In this document: positions 13,344 to 25,280 of the stretch, in pieces
Layout: the number at the start of each line of letters is the position of its first letter
Position numbering within the stretch: position 1 is the first letter of the stretch
Assembly: GCA_013239625.1 (NCBI GenBank)
Contig: MU053933.1
Span: forward strand, 3,650,470 to 3,714,469
Reading direction: 5' to 3'
DNA from: Lama guanicoe
Taxonomy: Eukaryota
Length of the DNA: 64,000 nt
Notes under the pieces: model-generated
Seen by the model: the letters and a program-made list of their open reading frames with translations, nothing else
What the model was told of the DNA's origin: nothing
Database searches by the model: none
Translations under genes and position numbers: made by a program

Positions 13344-13981
13344 TGTTACCAACCAAACTTGGGTCTGCTCACCTGCTGTGCAGCAAAGTCAATGTACTGA
13401 CCCCCGATTGTGGTGAAGGTAAGCACAGCATTTACTTGCAGGCGCCCAGCAAGGAGAATGGGCAGCTCGTGCTCAAACGACCCGAACTCTTTGATGGCTT
13501 CCAGGGAGGGATTTTTAAAGGCAAATTTAGGGTGAGAGCTACAGGGTGCATGACTTTCTTCTGATTGGTTGGTGTTGAGGTAACAGGGTGACGTTTCAGG
13601 AATCAATCTCAAACTTTCGGTTCTAGTCAGTCTGGGGTCTGCATGCTGGTGTCAGTATGTAGTCACCATCCTTTGCTGGCAGGGGTGGGGGGGTCCTCAG
13701 TTTCTGCAGAACAACTGGCAGATATGTGACAGACCGTTATGTGTCTCCCTTGAGAAGGAACTGAGCCCTGTGAGCCTGCTTCATGCCTGCACTATCGTTC
13801 CTTGACTGCTTTTCATGTGTGTCTGCGTTCCCTCACTTCTCTAATTAGCAACTGCTCGTGCCTGCCCTGTGCAACTCAGGGAAGGCCTAGGAGACCAAAG
13901 CCCTTTCCTTCAAACAAGAAACAGAGGACACAGAGGGGCATTTGTACCCACAAGAGCCATGCAGGATCCTGCTGGGTTTTA
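13344..13981 (-). mobile_element. Solo ERV1-type LTR
   Basis: Starts tgttaccaaccaaacttgggtctgctcacc; contains ctgattggttggtg; ends ggatcctgctgggtttta; family recognised from memory. Confidence 0.6.
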
Positions 13982-15015
13982 TCTCCACCATTGCCCAGTG
14001 TCCAGGACCAGCTCCATAATTTAAATGACCCAGTGCAGGACGAAATGCCAGGCTCCTCCCCAAAAAGTTTCCAAGAATTTCAAGACAGCAGCAGCAACAG
14101 AGGGCAGCCCCTAGCCTGGTCCACAGACTGGGAGTCCTGTGGGAAGCTGCTTTGAACCCCAGTCCACTTGCTCTAACAACCCCCACTGGGCCCACCTCTC
14201 TCTCAGCCCCTGCAGCCCCAGTTCTCAGGGAACCCAGGCTGCTCCCACCTCTGCTTCCCACCTTGGGCTTTGCACGAGAGGGTCTCTGGAAGCTCTCAGG
14301 GTGTGGAGCTCAGGTCTGAGTCTCACCTGTCCAAGCCCACCGCACTCCCTGCTGGCCTCTTCCAGGGGCTGCTCCCCCAGAGACCTGCCCCCTCCATCCT
14401 GCCCAGTGTCGGCTCCTCCTTCCCTCTGAGGCTGTTGAGGGGCCTGCAAGCCTTGGGGAGGGGCCAGGGTGGGCCAGCAGGGGTTGTGACAGGGAAACAA
14501 CCGCCAACCTCCTCTCCCCAAACGTCTGGGTGGTCAGGCCTGTGGGACGACACCCACCAGCGCAGAACTGACCCTCCCAACGCCCACAGCGACTGGCCCA
14601 GGCCGGGCCCAGGAGCAACGCCAAGCTGGAATCAAGCCCAGCCAGTCCCCGAGCACAGGCTTCCACCACGCCCACCCCCAGCCACTTCCAGCCTTTGACG
14701 CAGTCCTGCCTGCAGGCAGGCACGTGACTGTCAGAGCCAATCGCAGTTCCCCTCTCTGGCGACTGGTCTAGAAAAGGTCACATGAGGCCCACCAGGCCAC
14801 AAGTTCCTGGCAGGAGGCGGTGGGCACTAATGACAGGGAAGGTTATCCTGCGGGGCTCCGACCCACCCCAGCAGACCACCCCCCCCCCACCCCCATGGTT
14901 CCCACCTGAGCCCCCTGCCCCGTGTGTCCCCGGCTAGGGGACACAGCATCAGCAACTTCGATAAAGCCAGGCCACGTAAACTTGACTCCTTCCCCAGTTT
15001 TGCAGGAATTTAGCT

Positions 15016-15021
15016 TTTATT
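15016..15021 (-). terminator. S100B: Probable S100B poly(A) signal (AATAAA on the minus strand)
   Basis: tttatt about 1.1 kb downstream of the stop codon; an alternative signal lies at 15215-15220. Confidence 0.55.
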
Positions 15022-16121
15022 TCACGGTTAATGACCATGGAGACTTACTAAACTGCTTTTCAGTTAAAGCAAATACAAGCAATCTGTTGGTTTATGAGTT
15101 TCCAAGTCTATGTCCTTAAAAAAAAAGCAAAACAAAAAGGGTGCATGATAAGATTAATTTGACTTTTCCTGAAAGTGATTTTTTTAATATTTGTAACTTG
15201 ACCATTTGAAACAATTTATTTGAATTGGTGGATACGAAAGCGTAACGCTCATGAAGTTCACCAACTTTACCAACAGTCACAAGCAGACCCTGTCTGCACA
15301 CAGACAGGTCAGGAATGACCTTCACCAACAGTCCAGCCACTTACATCATAACCAGTCATTCTGCAGACAGGGCAGAACACTCCTGTCCGCCCAGGCAGAG
15401 CCGAGTCCCGCCATGGGCTCCGGCCAAGCTCCCTCTGCCACACGTTCCGCAGAGCCAACAAGTGTGATCCTGTCAGGAGAACCCCACTGAAGTTTGACTC
15501 TCAGCTCCGATTACAGCTACAATGCCAGTACTTGCTCCTTTATGGGACACACTTTCCATTAGGACTTAGCATTAACTACAGACTCGGTGATCACAGCTCA
15601 CTGCAAGAAAGGGGACTGAATGTGACCGTGCGCTTTGGGTGGGTGGGACAGACTGTCAGGCCCAATCACATCAGGTTTCATTTGCTCCAATGATGAACAG
15701 GCTTAATGAAGGGCAGCCTTTCCAAAGGATGGTAGACCAAGATTTGTATTTTTAAATGTAGTGGAAGCTTAGCCCGCAGTCATTTTTGACAGGTAGTCTG
15801 TTTTTCTGAGTTAGGAGTCTACACAGCCAGGATAGCAGTGCTTTGTGACTGAGAACTGACTTTCCTAAATGTTGAGTACCACGAGTCCCTGGGACCAGTC
15901 GGCTAACATGTACGCCTAACAGCACAGGACTAATGATGGGGGCCGTTAAAAACAGCCCTCGGAAAGAGGTTTCAATTCTTCATTCACAAAGCAAGTCAAG
16001 CTTCCTAATTAGCGACAATGCAGCTGGAAAGCTCAGCTCCTACTGTCCTGCAAGCCCTGCCCTCCGCTTCCCGCGTGGCCTCCGTCTCTGCTACAGGGAC
16101 AGCCTGCCTGCTTTCTCCCGT

Positions 16122-16262
16122 TCACTCGTGTTCAAAGAACTCGTGGCAGGCAGTGGTAACCATGGCAACAAAAGCCATAAATTCCTGGAAGTCACATTCT
16201 CCATCTCCATCGTTGTCCAGTGTTTCCATGACTTTGTCCACAACCTCCTGCTCTTTGATTTC
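16122..16262 (-). CDS. S100B: S100B exon 3 coding part (EIKEQEVVDKVMETLDNDGDGECDFQEFMAFVAMVTTACHEFFEHE*)
   Basis: Canonical EF-hand loop DNDGDGECDFQE; ctcag| acceptor; TGA at 16124-16122. Confidence 0.98.
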   Translation of the reverse strand, partial: EIKEQEVVDKVMETLDNDGDGECDFQEFMAFVAMVTTACHEFFEHE

Positions 16263-18533
16263 CTGAGAGAGAGAAGAGAAGTCACCCAGCATGTTTCTAA
16301 ATGAAGTTTAGGGCCATCGAAGCATGATTAAAATTTGGCTGGCTTTAGTAATTTGTATCAGAAACAACCTAAGACATAAAATGCAAAATGCCAGGTGAGA
16401 TTTCTCCTGGGATCAGGAGGCTGCTGGCTGGCAGAAGTCTCTGGCAGTCCGAGCCTTCTCTGCCACCTTCTTTATGTCCAGTGGAGCCTGGGCTGCTTAA
16501 AAAAGGCTGAATGGAACAGCCAAGATCTGAAAATCTGAGGTTGTTTGTGTTAAAACAGAAACACCCAGAAAAGAAGACTACGGCCTAAATTGGCCCGAAC
16601 GTATTATACGCAATGTCTTTAAAGCAAGAATGACCTTTGTCCGCACCCCCACCAAGTTTTTCACTGTTTCTGTGTGTGGAAGGCCCTACAGTGAAGGCTT
16701 CCAGTGGGTTTTCATGTTTTGAAAATGAGTTTTGGCTGAAATAACTCTTGGGAACAGGCTTTGTCACTTGAGCTGCTTTCCAGGTGTCCTGGGACTTTCC
16801 CTGACATTCTGCCCAACTTGGAGCCAGGTGAGTGGTGAGACAGTCTCAGGGGAACAGGCATGTGGTGGGCAGATGAACGCTGACCGCAAAGAAGGGCATA
16901 AAGGCAGACTGTTCGGAACAGTCAGTCCCCAGTGCAGGGGAGCGCGGCTGGAAGGAGTCACAGGAAGCGCGTCGGCCGCCTTGGATATAAAATGGGTACA
17001 AGATTGAGGTACCCTGGGGCCGGGGTGGGGCCCATAAGCATCTGATGAAAGATTAATTGCTGTTTCATGATGGACTCACCTCCAAACAGAAGCTGCCTCA
17101 CAAAACCAGGCCAACAATATTCGTGATACCTTGATACACTTACCGTGAATCACTTATCTTACTATAAACGTGGTTCCCACATGCTAAGCTTTTCCTGTGC
17201 TTTAAATCAGTAATTAATGACAGTAGCTACATGTGATGAGCAGGGCACTGGCTCATCTCACCCTTACATCAGTCCGCTTTGCAGAAGAATCTGGGACTTC
17301 CTGGTTGCTAGGTTAGGAGGCAGACCCGGTGGGACAAGGTGAGTGAAAGCGAGTGGGGCAGCTGCCACTTTGTGGACCTCGATGCCTGAGAAACAGCTTC
17401 AGAATCAGACTAGGGGAAGCCCCCCCCAAACCTGCAGGCTGCTTCCCCTGCACCGGTGGCGCCATTCACAGAAATTGAGTGTCGGGGTTGGGTGGGGCCA
17501 GCCCTGCAGACAGCAGCTGCTGCCTGGCTGCCAGAACCGGGGGCTTGTCCAACACTGAGACTCAGCCTGCCAGGAGGGCAACTCCCCACCACCGTGCAGT
17601 AGGGCCCCAGGGTATTCCCTGGAATTAGCTCTTGGTCAGACACAGTGCACTGGTTCATCTTCTGGCCATTTCCACTGCGTGTGACTGGTTACTTCAGTGA
17701 CCTCGGGTCTGGACACCAAGGGAAGTCAGGTACCAGGTGGATTGCAGGAGGACAGTTCATGGCCTCGAGGACAGGAGACTGATTCAGGAGAGGTGATGTG
17801 TGGCTTACCCGAGGCCTGGGAAATGGGGGTGAGGCAGGGAGTCCTCGATGAAGAGTCTGGACACACTTCCACCAGGTGGGACCCATGAGGAAGACGGTGC
17901 TCACCAGGAGCCCTCAGGCAGTCTCCTGAGATCTTCTCCAAGGTCCTTACCCCACAGAGCCCCCCGCCCCAGGCCCCAGGGCCTCAGAGACGCCAGGTTC
18001 TCTCTCATGCCCTCAGTCAGTGGCTTGTGGCCATGCACTGACGAGCCAGGCAGGTGCCCCAGAAGCAGAGGCCGAGTCGGGGCTGTGTCTCTTGCGACAC
18101 TGACCGTGGTGAGAGCTCAGTGGTGTCTGCTGAGTGAACAGCATCTTTATCATCACCATGGTGGATGCAGACCACGGAGCTAAAGCTAAGAGTCCTGGTC
18201 CTAAGAACAAAAGCTTATTTTTAACAGCCTGCTTAGATGTTCACTATGGCCCATGATAAGTCATGAGTATATTTTACATCCCATTCTGTCATCATTATTG
18301 CTGCAAATCCTTAGGTTTTTCAGAGAAAAGTCAGTTTTATTTGAAGCCTGTACTTTTGTGTTTGAGATAGCAGTTCCTCCTTCATGCTCCTACTGGACAC
18401 AAAACAGATGAAAATGAAAGTGTGAGGTCTACCTAAGCCAGCCTCCACACTGAAGGTTCAACTGTGCAAACACATTTTTGGAAGCAACTCGGAGGAGAAA
18501 GTGCATAGGGGAGTTTTAAAAAGCAAGACTCAC

Positions 18534-18671
18534 CTCTAAAAAATGGGAGAGTTCGTTGCTGATGAGCTCCTTGAGCTCAGATTTCTTCAGCTTGTGCTTG
18601 TCACCCTCCCTTCCGGAATATTGATGGAAGACGTCAATGAGGGCCACCATGGCCTTCTCCAGCTCAGACAT
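18534..18671 (-). CDS. S100B: S100B exon 2 coding part ([46 protein letters not shown])
   Basis: cag|G ATG start, S100 pseudo-EF-hand, donor |gtgagt; with exon 3 gives 92 aa. Confidence 0.98.
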
Positions 18672-19438
18672 CCTGGAGCCCAAACAGAAAGACGGTTCTC
18701 AAGCCTTTGCCCGTCTAGTGCGGGCAGTGGAGGTATGACCAGTGCAGCCCTCAGCCCAGGACAGGTGTATGGCCGTGGCTCATCTCCCTTCTCAGGAGTT
18801 ACGCAGCTCTCCCATCTCCTAGAGCCACTCTCCCACCCTCCTCTCCCTTCTCCGTCTCTGAGGGCCACATCCAGTTCCCAAGCCTTCTGGCTTCTGGTTG
18901 GGTCCAGCCAATGGGCAACTTCAGCCAAAACAGAGATGCAGAGTAGTGAGGGGGCTTGGAAACTGACTCCTGCCTCCTCCCTGGGAGGCCTTCTGCCCTG
19001 GCAGGGCTCCAAGATGAGGTGACAGTGCAGGGAGCAACCAGAATTAACCAGGAAGAAGTAAGGTGACTAGAGCCAAATGAGGACACAAAAGTCAATGGCA
19101 TGCCTACATTCTGTCAATAAACACTTAGGAAACATAGTGGGAAAGTCCTGTTTATACAGCAGCACACACATATGACCAAGAATAAGTTTAGCCAGAAAAG
19201 TGCAGGTCCTTCCAAAAGATACTAAGGTCAAAAAATGTTGCTTTCCTTTGAATGAATACATAAATTTAACTCATTTTTAATAAAAATATTTACGAGACTT
19301 TTTTGATTGATGAGGATCATGACCCACCAGCTGTAAAATTCAACTGGAAAAATAAATATGGTAGAATTGAGGCAAATGTTTTTTGAAAAAGAAGATCAAG
19401 GAACAAACATGTATTATACGGTTATCTGATGAAGCCAG

Positions 19439-19953
19439 TGCAGATGAGCAAAATTTGCCACCATAAATGTCTCATTGGCATGCTGATTATTTTGAGCTAA
19501 AAATAACCAAGGCTCAAAAGATTCGGGAGGAAACTTTGACCTCGCCTTTAGCTGCCTGAATCAGATTTTGATGGAGGGCCTGTTACAGGAGTAGAATGAG
19601 CACCAGAGATGTCAACAGGGGCTGTGGGCCAGGTGTGGCGCTGGAGCTCTTAGGGATCTGAGCATACTTTGCTTAACCAAACATTTGCTTTTCCGTCTCC
19701 ATGTGAATTGCTTTTCTCCTCTTTGAAGTCCCAAATCACTAACCCCAATCCTCTCCTCTTTAGTCTATCTCAGGATGCTATTCAAGGTGAGGATTTCAGC
19801 CAGTTTGGTGAGTTACTCAGTTCTCCTGGGTCTCCCATGTTTACATGTTATTAAACTTTGAGTTTTTCCTGTTAACCCGTCTCATGTCTGTTTAATTCTC
19901 AGACCAGCCAGAAGAACCCAGAAGGGTAGAGGAAAATGTCTTCCTCCCCCAAC
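19439..19953 (+). mobile_element. Solo LTR in S100B intron 1, antisense to the gene
   Basis: Flanked by ccag direct repeats; internal ATTAAA near 19850; LTR-type end gaaaatgtcttcctcccccaac. Confidence 0.65.
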
Positions 19954-20959
19954 CCAGCCCTGAGGCCAGAACAGAAGTGGGGCGGAGGCTGGGCCAGAGC
20001 CAGGTACTTTGCATTCACGGAGGCGCTGCCTCAAGTGACCAGGAATGTCGTCTTTTCTCTGCACTTATCAGAGGAGGAGGCTTCATCTTCCCTCATGACT
20101 TGTACCTTATTCCATGGCTTGCAACCTAAGAAACAGCTGTTCTACCCTGAGAACTAGGCAGTTTACAAAGGATGGCTTGTAAATTGTTTCACAAGACTGA
20201 GACACTCAGCCAGAGAAATTTACCAACTTCTGGCCTTGAGTTCTAACCATTAAAGAATCTTTGCACTGTCATAGTTAAAAATAAATAAAAGAATTACATC
20301 CCATGTTGAAAAACCACTCCCATATTGAATATATTTACATCTTAAAAATAAATTGGAATATAATATTTAAATTTTTATTTATTTCTGATTTCCCAAAGGA
20401 AAAAAAGATTGAGGATTTTTGCCTTGGTCTGATCTTTGCTAAATTCACCCTATTAATAATCAATATTATTTTGCTCTGAAGTCCCTAAAAATCAGATATG
20501 TCACATGTAGAGAGAACAATTCAGATGGATTAAAATTTTTAACATTTTGTACTTTATCCTTTTAACTCAAGTTTTCAATTATTAATTTTTTTAAAGAGAC
20601 CAAAAAGAAAAAACAAGACCCAAGAACCTTTTGCATCATCCTTATGTTTCTCAAACTCCGTGACAATTTGTGAAAGGAAACGCTTCATTATTTTTTGTGA
20701 TGTGTGACTAGTGGGATTTTTTAAAAGGAAAGGCATAAAATTTATATTCCATATGTGTGAAAAGTCCACAAAATGTGATTTTCTTCATAGCCACACTACA
20801 AATTAATTTTTAAAAATGTTCCCAGTTAAATTCTTCCCAATTGACGGTTGGTGTAAAGCTTTTCTTTTAAGAGAAAAGGAAACAATGCACCCATGTTACC
20901 CTTTCACTTCACTCCGTGAATGTCCTCCCATTAATCTTTTCGTTTCGAAAACAAGAGGA

Positions 20960-21790
20960 CTTTGGGCGTTAACTCCTTAGCAGGGACACCACACACGACG
21001 GGACGGTCCCCGAGGAGCGGTAAGACAGGGAAGGAAACCCACCCAAGCCCCAGCTTCTTGGCTCGGCCTGGAACTTCCTTGCCCTGCAATTGCCTTAAAC
21101 GGGGCGGGTGCCTCCTGGGCCCGGGAGAGCGTCTTTCCGAGCCGGGACCGAGCCGGCCCGGGCGTCGGCCTTAACGAAGGGGCGGACTGCGGCGCCCCCG
21201 GGGAAACCCGGACTCCCGGCCCGAGGCTGCCCGGCTCCGGCGCTGCGAGCAGGCGCGCTCCAGGCAGCCGGGTCCAGAGCAGTGACAAGAGGCATGCTTT
21301 CCAAACGCGGCCAGTTAGCCTAAGGGGGTTTAAGACGACCACCCGGCTGCCCGCCCCGCCCCCTCGGCCCCCTGCCCCAAGAGGTGGGAGTGTGTCCCCG
21401 GAGTGTCCTCACGTCTGCGGTCGGGCTGACGCTCCCGTCTCCTCGAGGCTGCGGCGTCTGCTCCTGCGGGGCCGGGGGCGGGGCAGCCTCTTATCCTCCG
21501 GCGGGGGCGGGGCCGCGCGCCCTCTGCAGCCCCGCCGGCCAATGGGGCCCGGGGGCGGGTCCAGGGAGCGGGTCGGGGGCGCGGGGCAGACCCTTATCCT
21601 CCGGCGGGGGCGGAGCCGCACGTTCCTCTGCAGCCCCGCCGGCCAACGGGGCGGGAGCGGGGCCCGGGGGCGGGGCCCGGGGGCGGGGGCCGCACACTGG
21701 GCAGCATCGACCGCGCCACCTGGGGGGCTCGCGGGGAGCCAGGCCTGCACTCGGGCCAAGGAAGAAAAGGCCTGTGGGGCAGGAAGCGGG
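20960..21790 (-). promoter_or_regulatory. S100B: S100B promoter region, CpG-island-like, with TATA-like GATAAG, CCAAT and GC boxes
   Basis: Very high GC and CpG density; cttatc at 21490-21495 and 21593-21598; CCAAT at 21539-21543; many GGGCGG boxes. Confidence 0.75.
21413..21470 (-). other. S100B: S100B non-coding exon 1 (5' end approximate)
   Basis: Donor |gtgagg at 21412-21407; upstream minus-strand ggaggataagaggctgcc and exon ccgcaggagcagacgccgcagc resemble the human S100B 5' region as I recall it. Confidence 0.65.
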
Positions 21791-23299
21791 GAGTCAGCTT
21801 TTTGTGCTGTTTTTAAGTGTGTACGTGAATACTGATGTTCCTCTAAAGGCGAGGATGGGGGTGGGGAGACGGGAGAAATGATTGATCGATTCCCACAAAG
21901 CAAATGTGCAGCGAGAGCAGACTGAATGCGGGGGATTTAGGGCCCGCTGTGGGGAGGCCCTGAGCTTCTCCCTGATCTGGTCCCACCCACAGGCAGGACA
22001 CCCGTGGACACCCGTGGACACCAATACTCTGAGCTAGGCCACTGAGCCCAGCGTCTGCAGGGACGGAAATGTGGCGCAAAATATACACTTATTGCTTTTC
22101 GGGGGGAAATCTGTGTTTAATATGATCGAGGACACATGCCAGACGCACTCCAAGGCCTCCCGCTCCCCTGGGGTGACTGGTGGCAGGCTGTCAGGGTTGG
22201 ACAGTGCCCCAGTCACATTCTGTCCAAATGCCCTGTTTTACGAGAGGCGCAGGTGGGAGGGGGGCTCACTGAGGCCCCACAACCAGCCAAGAAAAACCAC
22301 ATTTCTACAGCCGTCTTCACTGGCACCCTTCAGGCCTTCTTTAGAGGAATTGTGCAAAGAACATTGGCCCCAGACTCATCCAAGGCCGTCTGAGCCAGAA
22401 CCAGTCCCTTCTGCTGATGCGGTTCGCCACGGCTGCAGAGGAATCAGCACACAATGAAGTCTGTGCTCACAGTTGTCTTGTAGAGACTGGCACCAGCTTT
22501 CCCTAACATAATGGTCCTCGCCCCAAACAGAGGGAGACCGTGAGGGGTGCAGCAGTGGGCACGTTTGTCTGGAGCTGAGAAAACAGCTCCAGGGAGAATC
22601 TGTACACCCCGGAGCCCTGTGAGCTGGCTGAGACTGTCACCTGACCACCACAAATTCCTGCTTTGACTAGTGTGTGGCCCCAGGAATTAGCGTCAGCTTA
22701 GAGCCTGTATCTCAGAATGCCACGCTGGGGGCCCCCAGCCCTTGAAAGCCCCTCTCACCTTGATGGGCAGCCCTTTCCCACCCTGTGAACCCTGGAATGG
22801 GGTCAGAGCACAGCCCGCACTCGGCTGTCCCCGACGCCGACGTTTGTGCCCAGAGGGCAAGCCCCACACTCAGGCATGCAGTAGTTGGATGAGTGGATTC
22901 CAAACTATGTTTTTACCCCTGTGGGAGAAGGCTGAAGCTTTCTTTGTGAACACTGAGGGCCAAGTCCAGAGTCCAGGCTAAGGCCTGCAGAGGTGGCACT
23001 GCCGCGGTGCTGGCGCCTGGCACATGTGCGACGCCCCCCTGAGCCCAGCTGATCCTTCCTCAGAGGGAGGTGGGTTCTGTGCTTCCCAGAGCAAGCCCAT
23101 TCTGACTACAGGGCAGCTGAGGCAGTAGGGCCCACCTTATGGGGTGTGGGGACAGGCTGGGGACCAGGCTGGTCAGCTCAAGCCCGCGGCTCCCAGTCCA
23201 GTGCTATTTCCAGGCTATGCTCCTGGGACGCCCCTTCCCCTTCTAGTAAACCAGAAGCAGAGCTGTCCCCAGGAGATTAGTCTCACCATCAAAGGTCGA

Positions 23300-25280
23300 T
23301 GTAGCAGACAGAACTTAACATGAACCCATTTAACTTGCCATTTGTCTGGTGCAGTAGCTGCTGGATCTTGGAGAATGGCTGTGGACACTTTGGTGTCTCC
23401 ACCAGAGAATGGTGACACGCCCCCGGGACGTCGTGTGCGGCCACTGAGTGACTAATGCCTTTTTCTTGAAACCAATTTTCAAGGACCACCAGGAGCAACT
23501 TGCTTTTACCTGGCAGGGCCAAAGGTACGCCCTCAGTGTCACCCCAGGGACACCTGCCCCAGATGTTGTCTGCAGGATCCGGATGGTGTGGTCCTCTCCT
23601 TTGATGAGAGTGTTCTGACTAGGTCCGGTCAGAAGGAAGGGGCAGGTACTTCAGGTGCCTTAGTAAGACAGACAAAAACTAGAGAGCAGGAGATAAACCC
23701 CATGAAATGCGTGGCCCACCGCCTCCGTGATGTTTCTGGGGACTCGGTGGCTCTGAACACACTGAAATACCTCCTTTAAGTGAAAGACAAATCACTGCAT
23801 GCTGCACTGCTCGCCAGGAGAAGCCCAGCGTTTAGTGGGGTTTGGGAGTTTTACGCACTACATACACCGCGTTTGCATGTACCGTCACCCCGTGACGCCA
23901 GCAGTTTCAAGTGAGACCAGAGCACGTTTGGCTGCAGCATGAGCTGCTTTACTGTTGGTTTTCCAGATCTGGCAGATCCGATGGTGTTCAGAGTGTCTGT
24001 GGCACGGGGGCTGCAGCATGGACCCTCTGGCGAGCTCCTGTGGGGGATTCTGGCACAGGATTTTGGAAAATCTGTGTGCTTTGGTGCTAATGATTCACAT
24101 TTGGAGAACAGCTTCTGGCTTGCTGCTGGGCCTTAATGGAGACTGAACACTTAACCTAGGGCATCAGGAGACCCTGCAGCTCAAGCGCTGTCCCACCCAC
24201 CTGGCCATGGAGTTGGGTGCGTGTCCCAGCAGTGTACCATCACATGGAGAGCACGGGAGACATGAGCAGGTGCTCAGACTCCTTGGACACCGGCCCTTGT
24301 TGCATCGCCTCCCCTCCCAATCCTTGTCTGTTGCCACCTGGGCTGTTTCCTATAACCAGTTGGCTGCGGAAGAAAAAACGTGAGGCTGCTTTATGGGTGG
24401 GTCTGTGTGACGTGCTGGGACCACCCTGAAGGGAGCAGAAGCAGCAGCACAGCCCTACTCAAGGGTTTGCCCTGAAGGGCGTGGTGATGGAAAACCTTCC
24501 CACGGGCAGCACTTCCAGCAGCTCACTTGGCTGTTCCCTGCGTCTGGAGTGAGAAGAGGCCAGATTGAGGACCTGTGTTTACTCATGGGGGCTGTAATGA
24601 TTTGGTTGGCCAGCAACTTGGAAGGAGCAGGATTGGAAAACTGGTGATGAGGAAGGCCCTGGAAGAGGCCTGTGGATGGACTTCTCTGAAAGAGCACAGT
24701 CATGAATAAGTTTCTGTTCCACGTGTACAGCGCAGAATAGGCCCTTAGTAATCAGGTGGAAAATGATGGACCTGTAGGTGTCAGCCAGCTCCAGGGCTCA
24801 CTCAATGTGTCCATGAACAGAGTGGCCGTGTGGGGCTCAGCAACATGCACGCCCTCACCAAAGCTGACCCGGCTGTTGTCACGACCCAGTGCCTCATCTG
24901 CCTGCAGCCCAGACCGGTGCTGAGTCCTGTGGTGACCAGCCAGATGCGTGGCGGCAGCTTGGTTACACTGAACCTCTTCCATCATAGAAAGGCAGACATC
25001 TGTCCTCACCAGAAGAGATACATATTCTTGGTATGGATTTGACTTCCCTGCTTGCACTGCTTCTGCCAGCACCAGTGCACGTGACCTGACGGAGCCTCAC
25101 CCATCGTGACAGTGGCATCTGGTCCAGGAGCTCGACCAGTCTTGTCACAGATCCTGTCACTCAGAAGTGGCTGACCCCTGGGAAAGTTGGAGTAGCTTCT
25201 TGAAGGGTTGGCTATGGCACCAGAGGGGAGGCAGCACCCTGAAATGGTGGGGTTCTATGATGCAGGATGCTTTGAATTAG
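23300..25280 (+). mobile_element. Ancient ERVL (class III) internal pol remnant: RT and integrase fragments
   Basis: Near 23481 KDHQEQLAFTWQGQRY resembles ERVL RT DHQKQFAFSWQGQQY; near 23365 GSWRMAVD; near 24850 LTKADPAVVTTQCLICLQPRPVLSP resembles the ERVL integrase zinc-finger region. Many frameshifts and deletions. Confidence 0.75.

Noticed and set aside
21996..22022. 10-bp tandem repeat (ggacacccgt, ~2.7 copies)
   Set aside because: Short slippage duplication with no spacers; not CRISPR-like and no evident function.
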